A stretch of DNA of 64,000 nucleotides from a virus (IMGVR_UViG_3300036772_000367:64001-128000); one strand, 5' to 3'; positions 41,624 to 49,875 are shown, numbered from the stretch's first letter. Program-made: numbers and translations. Notes: generated by a model from the sequence alone, not told the origin.

Positions 41624-41994
41624 CCACTAAGCCGTGGGATAGCAGCAAGTACATCACTCCGGAAAACAAAGACCGCATCGAGGAGCACAAGGATCAGATG
41701 CGGTCCGAAATCAAGCCCCACCGGGTAGCTGTGGTGATCTTCACCGAGGTCGAGGCTGTGGACGAGGGAGACGCCGTGTTCATCGCCGAACGTGCGGTCA
41801 AGGAAGCTATCCGCATAGCCAGCATCGGTAATGAGCCTCTCACCAGTATCACTGCGCCTCGACTGGAGTTCACCTCACGAGGTAATAATTTCACTGTGGG
41901 TGTGCATTCCGTCAAGGAAATCGGTTGCGCGGCGCGCATGGGACTTCTTTGGTTGAACCCCACATCATCCGCTTACAAAAAGCATGAGAACTGA
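41620..41994 (+). CDS. Hypothetical protein
   Basis: GTGA overlap with the preceding gene; GGAGG RBS. Confidence 0.6.
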   Translation: MTTKPWDSSKYITPENKDRIEEHKDQMRSEIKPHRVAVVIFTEVEAVDEGDAVFIAERAVKEAIRIASIGNEPLTSITAPRLEFTSRGNNFTVGVHSVKEIGCAARMGLLWLNPTSSAYKKHEN

Positions 41995-42009
41995 TGTTAT
42001 TGTCCGACT

Positions 42010-42402
42010 TTGACTAACTACGGAGACAGTACGTTGATTACTAACTTGAACGAGGAGCTGGCACCTGCGGTGGCAGCGGCCATCGAGCGCTACGCGGGCG
42101 GCGAAGACGTCCGCTGGGACACGGCCTTTACCGCGTTCCCCAACCCTGCTCAGCCGGGTGCCATGGTCGGTGTGGTGCTGGTGTACATCCAGATCAAGGG
42201 CGCCGTGCTGGGTACACACCTGACCATGACGTCGCTGCTGTCCCCGAACATCGCGGCCGAGGATGTCGACAAGCAGGTCCGCGAGATCATGTCCAGCATC
42301 TTCGAGCAGCGCTCCGAGCAGCTCGGCTCCATGTCAGAGCAGCAGGAGGGGGCTCACGCCAACGGGCAGTCGCCGCCGGTCGGTGGGTTGATCCTGCCAT
42401 GA
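42010..42402 (+). CDS. Hypothetical protein
   Basis: Good codon bias; GLILP C-terminus. Confidence 0.7.
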   Translation: MTNYGDSTLITNLNEELAPAVAAAIERYAGGEDVRWDTAFTAFPNPAQPGAMVGVVLVYIQIKGAVLGTHLTMTSLLSPNIAAEDVDKQVREIMSSIFEQRSEQLGSMSEQQEGAHANGQSPPVGGLILP

Positions 42403-42605
42403 CGGATCTTTCTTGTTCCGAGATCCTCTGGGCGGCAGCAGCGAAACTGCGGGATGGTTCGCCGCTCGTGTCTCCCACTGTGGTCGAACCGCTCGCTAAG
42501 TGGTTGGAGGACAACGCCGACGACATGGACCAGGAGGACCGCGCCGAGCCCGAGACGAGCCAAGAGAGCTATTCCGTGGCTTTCGCCCGCTCCATCCTCC
42601 GATGA
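42399..42605 (+). CDS. Hypothetical protein
   Basis: ATGA coupling; AAAKLR...LAKWLE...AFARSIL. Confidence 0.65.
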   Translation: MTDLSCSEILWAAAAKLRDGSPLVSPTVVEPLAKWLEDNADDMDQEDRAEPETSQESYSVAFARSILR

Positions 42606-42799
42606 CGACCCCACTGAATCGCCCCGTACCTGGTCATACTCCGATCAGGTACGGGGCGGGAGACTGGCGGTGTCGTTGTGGCCGGTTACTGGGCGGTGGC
42701 CCCTACGGTAATGGCCGACGAGGTGCCCGTGACGTCATGCACTTCCATCGGATGGATTTGAACTTCGCCGTGCTCGCGATTCTTCGTTCAGCCGCTTGA
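42602..42799 (+). CDS. Small Cys/His protein
   Basis: ATGA coupling; GH...WRCRCG...HFHR. Confidence 0.5.
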   Translation: MTTPLNRPVPGHTPIRYGAGDWRCRCGRLLGGGPYGNGRRGARDVMHFHRMDLNFAVLAILRSAA

Positions 42800-43145
42800 G
42801 TTCAGCCAGACTCGGGTAGATCCCGAGTAGCCGACGGTGCAACACGAAGGCCACGATCCGAGTGACCTGATCAAGCCGAGAGTCACCGGGCACACCATCC
42901 GTCATCGTCTCGCTGTTCCAGGTGTCGTCGGTATCCCAGGCAGCACCCAGTGTGCCTGCGACCTCAGCGGCGATGTCACATGCGGCACAATCACGTTCGT
43001 GAATATCCTCGATTTTCCAATTGACATCGAGGATATTGTGCAGGAACTTGTCGTTCTTGCCGGTCATGGCATCAGCGAGTTTCTGGATCATTCGATCCCA
43101 GCTTAGTTCAGTCATCGGCTGAGTTGTCTCGGTAGGGACGTGCAT
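42735..43145 (-). CDS. Hypothetical protein (start probably 43115)
   Basis: Last gene of the leftward operon; HERDCAAC. Confidence 0.55.
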   Translation of the reverse strand: MHVPTETTQPMTELSWDRMIQKLADAMTGKNDKFLHNILDVNWKIEDIHERDCAACDIAAEVAGTLGAAWDTDDTWNSETMTDGVPGDSRLDQVTRIVAFVLHRRLLGIYPSLAELKRLNEESRARRSSNPSDGSA

Positions 43146-43401
43146 CGACCGGCAGCTCCCGCGTTGTCACCTGACGGACCGGGAAGCCCTGGTTGATGTA
43201 GACCCTCAGGTAAGTACTTGATCTGTCCCAGTAGCCTCGGCTATCGGGCGGATAGCAGTACCAGGTGTGTTGGATGTCAGGATGAGCACGGTCGATTCGA
43301 AGGAAGACACCGCCGGGGCGCATACCATCCACGAGCCAATAACTGAATTCCGGCGCGTTGGTGTAGTTCTCGGTGACTTCGTCGTGACATTCAGTATCCA
43401 T
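43108..43401 (-). CDS. Hypothetical protein
   Basis: GGAGG RBS; part of the leftward operon. Confidence 0.55.
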   Translation of the reverse strand: MDTECHDEVTENYTNAPEFSYWLVDGMRPGGVFLRIDRAHPDIQHTWYCYPPDSRGYWDRSSTYLRVYINQGFPVRQVTTRELPVDARPYRDNSADD

Positions 43402-43485
43402 TCGGTGACCTCCGGTGCAGTCGTGGGCTCGGTGTCGGTGTCCCGAGCCTCGTTGAGGTAACGACCGAGGCTCGGGACATATTCC

Positions 43486-44640
43486 TTACCTCCCGATCGA
43501 CAGCGCACCGGTCTGTGCACACCGCGCATGACCTGTGGTGGGAGAGATCGTCTCGCGTACCCACGACACGATGTCCCGGTTGGCGGTAGCCGCACCCTCC
43601 TCGGTGGTGAGGTCGTGGCCCGAGCGCGGCACTACGCCTGCCGTGAAGCAGGCTGCCAGGTAGTTCGGCTTCTCCGCCGTGTACAAAGCCGCACCGCTGG
43701 AGCAGTCATCTAGGTTCGTCTCGTTCGGTGCCGGTGCCTGGGAGTTGTCACAGTAGTGCGCGTCGTGCTGCCCGTCCAAGAGCAACACTGGCACCCGGAT
43801 GGTGGCCGTCAACGCGTTCAGTGTGGCCGGGCGGGATGTGATCTCACCCAACGTCAGGGTGTCCTCGGTAGTCCAATCGAACTGCACCATGCCGGGCGAG
43901 GCGAAGCCGGGCGTGTAGACAGTCAGCAGCCTGCCGGCGGCCGTGGTGTTGGTCAGGTAGCCGGGATCCAGTGGACTGAACCGCCGGGGCCACACTGTCG
44001 CGGCGGCTGAGAAGGCCGTGTGCGTGGCGGCCGTGGTCGCGGCACTCACCTTGCTACCCGAGCCGGTGACGACGAGCGCAGCGTAGTCCTGGGGGTAGGT
44101 CGCGGCCTGATTCACCAGTTGTGCCGAACCGAAGCTGTGTCCCACTCCGACCACGCTGGTGTACCGGACCTTCAGCTGGGCGACCACCTGATGCAGTGTC
44201 CATCCCTGCTGGGTGAAGGTGTTCAAGCCGGAGAGCGGGTGGCTGGAGATGCCGTAGCCGAGCCGGTCGATCGCGGTGACCGCGTAGCCGGCAGCCAGCG
44301 CGGACCAGACGGTGCTGCGGACGGCAGGATCGTCTGGCCAGGACCAGTAGCTGCTGTTGTAGGTCCCGCCGTGCAGGAGGAGCAGGTCGGTCCGTGGTGG
44401 TAGTCGAAGGGTGGGAATGCATTGGAATCCACGCAAATCAGCATGTGTGTTGTCTGTCAAAGTGACCGGAAAAGTCACCTCATGACAAATGCCGATCCAG
44501 AACGGCGGAAGGGCGAACATCGGCTCGCGCGCCATGGAGGATTGCTGTGTCGACGTATCGGCCGAAGCGGCACTGGACAAAAACAGCGAACTGACTACAA
44601 GAGCCATTATTACAGTACACACTTTTTGAAGTAAGCGCAT
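43486..44640 (-). CDS. Secreted alpha/beta hydrolase
   Basis: Signal peptide; LLHGGTY, AIDRLGYG, GHSFG nucleophile elbow, GHDL. Confidence 0.85.
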   Translation of the reverse strand: MRLLQKVCTVIMALVVSSLFLSSAASADTSTQQSSMAREPMFALPPFWIGICHEVTFPVTLTDNTHADLRGFQCIPTLRLPPRTDLLLLHGGTYNSSYWSWPDDPAVRSTVWSALAAGYAVTAIDRLGYGISSHPLSGLNTFTQQGWTLHQVVAQLKVRYTSVVGVGHSFGSAQLVNQAATYPQDYAALVVTGSGSKVSAATTAATHTAFSAAATVWPRRFSPLDPGYLTNTTAAGRLLTVYTPGFASPGMVQFDWTTEDTLTLGEITSRPATLNALTATIRVPVLLLDGQHDAHYCDNSQAPAPNETNLDDCSSGAALYTAEKPNYLAACFTAGVVPRSGHDLTTEEGAATANRDIVSWVRETISPTTGHARCAQTGALSIGR

Positions 44641-45173
44641 TATTGTGGACCTCCTAGGATTGGGTATAACGCCAGCGGCGTCACGTAACCGGCCCAACGG
44701 CCGTCGTTGAACACGTTTTTCACGGTCTTGGACGCCTCAACCAGTCCTCTGGTGATCCCCTCGTCCACGAGTTCGCTACAGATCATGTGGCCGGTGTTGG
44801 CGATGAACTCCCGCAGGCCCGGCGGGTTGATGCCGAACCTATGCAATGCGATCGCGCCATAGTCCAGCGCCGAGTAGCCGACGCCCTCCAGCGCGCGGCC
44901 GTGCTTGGCGATACTGTCCCGGACGGCCGAGGTCAGGATCTCGTCCGACCAGTGGCTCCAGACGATGTTGGTGCCGTCGTACGTAGACACGGGCACGATC
45001 GTGGCGCCGCCCGGCTCTGCCTGAACCACTTCGTCATCGCCCACGCACAGAACGGCGTGCTGGTAGTCCCGCCAGCCGTTCTTATTGATGCCCTGGCCGA
45101 ACCAGATAGCCCGGCCGGGGAAGCCCTTGATCGCGACCAGGCCGAAGTCGCCCGCCTGTGGTTTCGCGATCAT
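44640..45173 (-). CDS. Permuted NlpC/P60 (YiiX-like) protein
   Basis: QAGDFGL...YQHA...GVGYS...MICSELVD...VTP, with His before Cys. Confidence 0.8.
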   Translation of the reverse strand: MIAKPQAGDFGLVAIKGFPGRAIWFGQGINKNGWRDYQHAVLCVGDDEVVQAEPGGATIVPVSTYDGTNIVWSHWSDEILTSAVRDSIAKHGRALEGVGYSALDYGAIALHRFGINPPGLREFIANTGHMICSELVDEGITRGLVEASKTVKNVFNDGRWAGYVTPLALYPILGGPQ

Positions 45174-45601
45174 GCCGGCCGCACGATGTTGCGGAAGTCG
45201 GTCCGCCGCGCCTCATCGGTCGTCAGATCGTGCACGATATAGGGATCCTCGCCATGGCCGTGGTTCGGTGCATAGGGCTTCACTCCGTCGTCCGTGAAGA
45301 ACTCCATGCACTCATGCTTCTCGACTTCGAGTAGACGTTCGAACAGCCAGCGCTGCCATGAGGCCCTGTTGTAGGCGGCGGCCGGCACGGGGAACAAATG
45401 CCGCACGCGGATCTCTTCGTGCGGTGGGTAGCTATTCGGGCCTACCACGAGCACCGTCAACGTCAGACCGGAACAACCTTGTCCCCGGTCCTCGTCGGAT
45501 AGCCACAGTTGCCAGCCGGGCCGGTACGCGCATTGTTCCACCAACTCGACTAAGGTGTATGGATATGGCCCCACTTGATCATTTCGTTCGCTCGTTGTCA
45601 C
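45170..45601 (-). CDS. Hypothetical protein
   Basis: GGAGG RBS before GTG 45601; YRPGW...VEKHECMEFF...PYAPNHG. Confidence 0.7.
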   Translation of the reverse strand: MTTSERNDQVGPYPYTLVELVEQCAYRPGWQLWLSDEDRGQGCSGLTLTVLVVGPNSYPPHEEIRVRHLFPVPAAAYNRASWQRWLFERLLEVEKHECMEFFTDDGVKPYAPNHGHGEDPYIVHDLTTDEARRTDFRNIVRPA

Positions 45602-45624
45602 GCTGCCTCCATCGTCGCTATTAA

Positions 45625-45807
45625 TCACCGCATATCCTCCGGCTTCATCTCTACTTCGTACATGGGTCCGTCCCAGCCGGTCGTGTTGTGAAGCCACGCC
45701 GCGAAGGCCGCTGGTGCCTCTTCGGGCTGGAGGCCGTGCTCATCCATGTAGTGATCGAAGTCGGCGAAATCACCTTCGTGACATCCCTGATCACAATAGC
45801 TACTCAC
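45625..45807 (-). CDS. Small hypothetical protein
   Basis: GGAGGAGG RBS. Confidence 0.6.
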   Translation of the reverse strand: MSSYCDQGCHEGDFADFDHYMDEHGLQPEEAPAAFAAWLHNTTGWDGPMYEVEMKPEDMR

Positions 45808-45831
45808 GGTATTCCTCCTCCACAACGCAGC

Positions 45832-45862
45832 GACCCCCGGAGCATATCCGACTCCGGGGGTC
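45832..45862 (-). terminator. Hairpin downstream of the tRNA-like RNA
   Basis: gacccccggag...ctccgggggtc. Confidence 0.55.
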
Positions 45863-45910
45863 TATCTACACGTAATAACCTGCACGGTTAATTGTAGTGC
45901 TGCGCATCAG

Positions 45911-46175
45911 TGCGAGAAATCCAGCAAGCATTTAAGCATCTACATGAGCTTCAGCGATGCCGTGTAATTCCTTTATACTATCGAGCCGTGCGGGGGACCA
46001 TCCAAAACCAGCGGGCGTAGATGGTCCCCCTGTATCCCACCCGGACCCCTCCCAGTGGGGCCTGGCGGCCCTCCCCCGAACTGGGAGACTCCGAGGAGGG
46101 CCAGAGGCTCGAAGGGGAATTGAACCCCCATCTCGGCAATTCAGTTGTGTAGGTGCGGTCGATCTGGATTTCGCA
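45911..46175 (-). ncRNA. Circularly permuted tRNA-like domain 2
   Basis: 3' half UGCCG-AGAU-GGGGGUUCAAUUCCCCU-UCGAGCC (46138-46106) precedes 5' half GGCUCGA-UA-GUAUAAAGGAAUUAC-A-CGGCA (45987-45958); outer stem UGCGAAAUCCAG/CUGGAUUUCUCGCA. Confidence 0.8.
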
Positions 46176-46190
46176 GCGGGTTTCAGCTTG

Positions 46191-46377
46191 GGGCAAGAAC
46201 TTGAGTCTGATGAGAAACGGTGCCTCTGCCAATTGGGCTACCGGAGCGTTGGGGAGAAGAGAACGCGTGCACGTTCTCTTCTCCGATCCCTGACTAGAGG
46301 GTAGAGCTCCGGGAGGGATTCGAACCCTCACTGTCCCGTTGTTCTCTGAGCCTCAGCTTTACCTTGAGCTTATGCCC
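46191..46377 (-). ncRNA. Circularly permuted tRNA-like domain 1
   Basis: 3' half AACGG-GACAGU-GAGGGUUCGAAUCCCUC-CCGGAGC (46340-46306) precedes 5' half GCUCCGG-UA-GCCCAAUUGGCAGAGGC-A-CCGUU (46247-46216); outer stem GGGCA/UGCCC. Confidence 0.85.
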
Positions 46378-46409
46378 ACCCGACCTCAAGGAGGTCGGGA
46401 GTCTGTGTG

Positions 46410-47180
46410 TTACCGGAGGTCGGTCAACGGGTCGAACAGGTAGCCGAAGATCCTGCGGCCGAGGGTACGCTCCTGCTCCACGACGAGAGTATTGCCCTCG
46501 GAGCGAGCGGCTTTGACCGCGCGACGCAGGGTGTCGATGCGCTGGATCAACTCCACCTTCACCGAAGCGCGGATGGCGCCGGACGTCTTCACCGTCGCCC
46601 AGTAGCCGACGATCACGTCCTCGTAGAACATCTCGACCTGCGCCGGGTGCTTGTCGGTGGCCGGAGCCTTCTCGTGGTTGCGCGGGACCTTCTTGGTGCG
46701 GGTGGTTTCCGTGGGCACCGTCGCGAAGGCCACGGCGTCGTTGTTGTAGGACCACGTCTCGGCCGGGTCCAAGGTGGGCACCAGGCTGACCACCTTGCGC
46801 AGGTCGGTGAGCTGCTTCTCCAAGAAGATCAGGTAGGTCACCGGCACGTCGACCAGAATCGCGTCCGGCTGGCCGTCCAGCTTGACCGTGGCGACGGCAC
46901 TGGTGTTGGCCTTCACCGAGGTGAACTCCAGGTTCAACAGGTCCGCCAGGCTCTCCTGGAGGCCGTCGAGCAGCTCCGGTACGCGAAGCTGGACCTGGGT
47001 CTGCTCGGCCGGCAGCTTGTCGCCCTCGTCGTCCTTGGGCTTGTAGGTGCGCTGGATGCCGGCCATACGGCTGGTCTGAGTGCTGTTGAAGGTGTGCAGG
47101 ACGCCTTCCAGCGACTTCTTGGCGCGGTTCTTGGCGTCGGGCAGTACGGCGAGGATCTGGCTGAGGCGAGTGGTCGCCAC
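46410..47180 (-). CDS. Conserved hypothetical protein (recalled as DUF7873-like; needs verification)
   Basis: RLSQILAV...RTYKPKDDEGDKLPAE...VPVTYLIFLEKQL...PTLDPAETW...TKKVPRNHEKAPATDKHPAQV; GGAGG RBS; strong codon bias. Confidence 0.85.
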   Translation of the reverse strand: MATTRLSQILAVLPDAKNRAKKSLEGVLHTFNSTQTSRMAGIQRTYKPKDDEGDKLPAEQTQVQLRVPELLDGLQESLADLLNLEFTSVKANTSAVATVKLDGQPDAILVDVPVTYLIFLEKQLTDLRKVVSLVPTLDPAETWSYNNDAVAFATVPTETTRTKKVPRNHEKAPATDKHPAQVEMFYEDVIVGYWATVKTSGAIRASVKVELIQRIDTLRRAVKAARSEGNTLVVEQERTLGRRIFGYLFDPLTDLR

Positions 47181-47262
47181 GTAGTGCCTCCGGGGTCCTG
47201 TGAGCTGAGCTTGAGGTAGTGCCGCTTCGCGTTCAGTGTCGTCCAGCGGCGGGTACGGACGG

Positions 47263-47292
47263 AAGTTAACAGGATCCCCACGTCTTCGTCAA
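47263..47292 (-). promoter_or_regulatory. Sigma70-type promoter for the 256-aa gene / RNA operon
   Basis: TTGACG-18-TAACTT. Confidence 0.6.
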
Positions 47293-47549
47293 CTCCGTTC
47301 ACTCAGTGTGATGTTGACCAAGGGGAGGTTGACAGACCAGGTGGCGACCACTATCACGCGTGTCCGGGCGCATTGTTTTGTGTGTCGACGATCGATTTGA
47401 CATCGTCATTACCATTGAGGGTGGAGTTGGGTGGGTACGATACAGTCCATCCCGATATCCAGGATTTGACATGGTGGATAGGATCGGTTCTGGCTTCTGT
47501 TCTCCAACAAGCTCGCTCATATCCGCTCGCGAAATACATAAGGGCAACT

Positions 47550-47600
47550 CACGCGCACGCGCTACGCGCCTGCGCGCTCGCTGCGCGCTACGCGCGCGAG
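47550..47600. repeat. CGCGC-rich low-complexity tract
   Basis: cacgcgcacgcgctacgcgcctgcgcgctcgctgcgcgctacgcgcgcgag. Confidence 0.7.
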
Positions 47601-47914
47601 GTATGCCAGGGACCTAACAACGGTATTCAACCGTACCCAGTAATATCGCGCGAGTACCCGACCGCCGCCCCCAGCGCAAGCCCTCGACGGAGATTCTTAG
47701 AATGACTTTCGATACGCCTGACAAGACCGAGTACTGCCGGGAGAGTGTGTCTCTGTGGGAATGACACATAGCCATCGCTGGGGTGAATGGGTATACGATC
47801 CGTACACCAACAAATCTATTCGGACATGTAAGGATCTTGAGTGTCAGGATCAGCAGACAGCCTCCGGAGATAAATCTCCTGGCAAAGACAAGAAGAAATA
47901 AATAGTCGGTCTTC

Positions 47915-47949
47915 CTGTGTACGGAGCGATGTTTCCATTAAAGGGTTGT
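47915..47949 (+). promoter_or_regulatory. Putative late promoter motif (variant)
   Basis: CTGTG-N21-AAGGGTTGT. Confidence 0.45.
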
Positions 47950-47998
47950 TCCTGACACTCTGCTCGGCGGCTGCCGGGCTCATCTACCAGGAGACCGA

Positions 47999-48598
47999 AT
48001 GCCCCATCAGGTCAAGACCCTCGTCGGGAATGTGACTCTACCGTCCGACGATGAGGGCCCGCCGATTTCCGTCCAGGCCGCGCAACAGACCATCACGTTG
48101 ACGGACGCGCAGTATGCGAAGATCCCGCCCGCCGCTTTCGCCAGCATGTCGTTCTACCAGGAACTGACGCCCGACCAGATCTCTAACGCCAACGCGCCGT
48201 ACCAGGGCCTGTACTACTCCCTCACCGGCACGCACAGCGCCTACCTCCAGGACCTGGGGGCGACTGCCGGCGGCAGTATTCTGGTCACGGCTCAGGGCAC
48301 GCACGTCGCTGCGATGGGTGCTCTGACCTCGTCGGCCCCAGCGGCCGTGACGTCCAGTCAGAACGCCACGACCATCGCGGTGACGCCCGCCAACGCGTCC
48401 TACACCCAGGCTGACCAGACCACGATCGCCAACCTGGCGAACGCCCTGAAGATCAGCTACAACGCCGCGCAGGTCGACATCGCAGCCCTGCGCACCACGT
48501 TGGCCGCAGTGCAGACCGACTTGGCGACACTGCGCACGTTGGTGAACACTGAGCTGGCCGCCCTCCAGATCACAGGTGGTCCGCAGGCAGCGAGCTGA
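47999..48598 (+). CDS. Probable virion fibre/decoration-like protein
   Basis: AGGAG RBS; C-terminal coiled coil LRTLVNTELAALQ; late motif upstream. Confidence 0.7.
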   Translation: MPHQVKTLVGNVTLPSDDEGPPISVQAAQQTITLTDAQYAKIPPAAFASMSFYQELTPDQISNANAPYQGLYYSLTGTHSAYLQDLGATAGGSILVTAQGTHVAAMGALTSSAPAAVTSSQNATTIAVTPANASYTQADQTTIANLANALKISYNAAQVDIAALRTTLAAVQTDLATLRTLVNTELAALQITGGPQAAS

Positions 48599-48611
48599 CC
48601 TGTAGAAGCAC

Positions 48612-48648
48612 CTCGACCCCGCACCTCCTCCAGGGTGCGGGGTCGAGT
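48612..48648. terminator. Hairpin between convergent units
   Basis: ctcgaccccgcacc...ggtgcggggtcgag. Confidence 0.7.
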
Positions 48649-48688
48649 CTGTCTAGAAATATGGAAAGCGACGACGCACTCCTGGACT

Positions 48689-49690
48689 GGAACACCCATC
48701 GATGGCTTGGCGAATGAATCACCCCAATGAAACACTCTGGATCGCGGTGTGTGGAATACCCATATAAGATGTCGCGAACGGAACACTCCAGATAGTGGCG
48801 AGAAGTCGTCGGGCGTGGAACACCCGTAACTGCCAACACGCCAAGGAGGAACACCCTCAAATCGGCGCGTACCTGTGCTATGGAACATCCCCGTAGAACA
48901 AAAGACCCGCTCGGCTACCGCTGTCGGAACACCCCGTGTACGTGGGACAGATAGGTGGACCGACGATCTACGCCGAGGCCGGGAGGGAACACCCTCAGGA
49001 ATCAAGGTCATCGCCCTGGGACGGGAGGGAACACCGGACCCTGCTACATCGGCAGCGGCAAGTGGAACACACAGGCAGTGGTGAGGAACGTCGGGGGAAC
49101 ACCCTGTTCGGATTGCTTCCCCCGTAGGAATACTCTCACAGGTACCGGTAGACGTGCCGAGAACACCCTGTACGGCATGATCGACTGATCGTCGCGGAAC
49201 AAACCCTCAGATCTTTCGGATGACCAGGTAGCCCAGAACACTCTCGTGAGAACACTCTTGTACAGCGGGAGTTATACAAGTTCGCTGGAGCAGCCTCGCA
49301 TACACGGGACAGATCTGGAGCCGCGCGGGAGGGGAGAACACCCCTGTGTACGTGGGATAGACCTTACGTGTGTCGGCGTAAGCCCGTACAGCAGAAGAAC
49401 ACCCTCGCGTACACAGGAAAGACGGCCCGCCGTCGCTGTCCGCCTTGAGTGGAACAACCCTGAGTACGTGGGACAGACGGACCCTTCTTGCCGAGCCACA
49501 GTCTGTCACTCGGAACACTTCTGCGTACGTGGGACAGACCGCTCGAAGCGATCCTTGAATGCCTGACGAGCCGGAATACCCCTGTGTACGTGGGCAGACC
49601 TTGGCGGTATTCGCGGCCCGGAACACACCCGCGTACGCGAGACAGACGGCGGCCCTGTAACCACGGATGGATGAGCCAACGGAACATCCC
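48689..49690 (-). CRISPR. Degenerate type I-E-like CRISPR array with no cas genes in the window
   Basis: 27-28-nt repeats, consensus approximately GTCTGTCCCACGTACRCAGGGGTGTTCC, at + starts 48926, 49287, 49335, 49396, 49451, 49512, 49573 and 49620; four 61-nt periods; about 17 further units with only the GGGTGTTCC-like end. Confidence 0.8.
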
Positions 49691-49714
49691 GTCAGGGCAC
49701 CGATTTCCCGTGTC

Positions 49715-49875
49715 CATATCACTATGTAGATATAGGGGTGTGTCAGGAATTACTTCCTGGCGGTGGCCATCTGACGATGGTCTTCTCGTTTCACCGAGGA
49801 CTGCTCACCATTGCTGGTGAGACTGACATTCTCTCCACGAGCGTTTAATGTCTCCCCTGCTCCAGAGGCGACAGA
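49715..49875 (-). ncRNA. Putative TnpB omegaRNA overlapping the tnpB 3' end
   Basis: GUCGCCUCUGGAGCAGGGGAGAC...AAACGCUCGUGGAG...GUGAAACGAG...CAGGAAGUAAUUCCUG...ACACCCC hairpin series; boundaries approximate. Confidence 0.55.

Noticed and set aside
45958-46340. Canonical tRNA genes or a permuted tmRNA
   Set aside because: The halves are in reversed order with no anticodon loop or CCA. There is no G3-U70 alanine pair, proper D stems are present, and I see no tag ORF.
48689-49735. Self-targeting by spacers or by the omegaRNA guide
   Set aside because: No convincing match seen by eye; the TATCTACA similarity at 45863 is too short. An exhaustive search was not possible.
48457-49820. ORFs overlapping the repeat array
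   Set aside because: Translations merely echo the repeat (GVF, EHP, NT); no RBS or codon bias.
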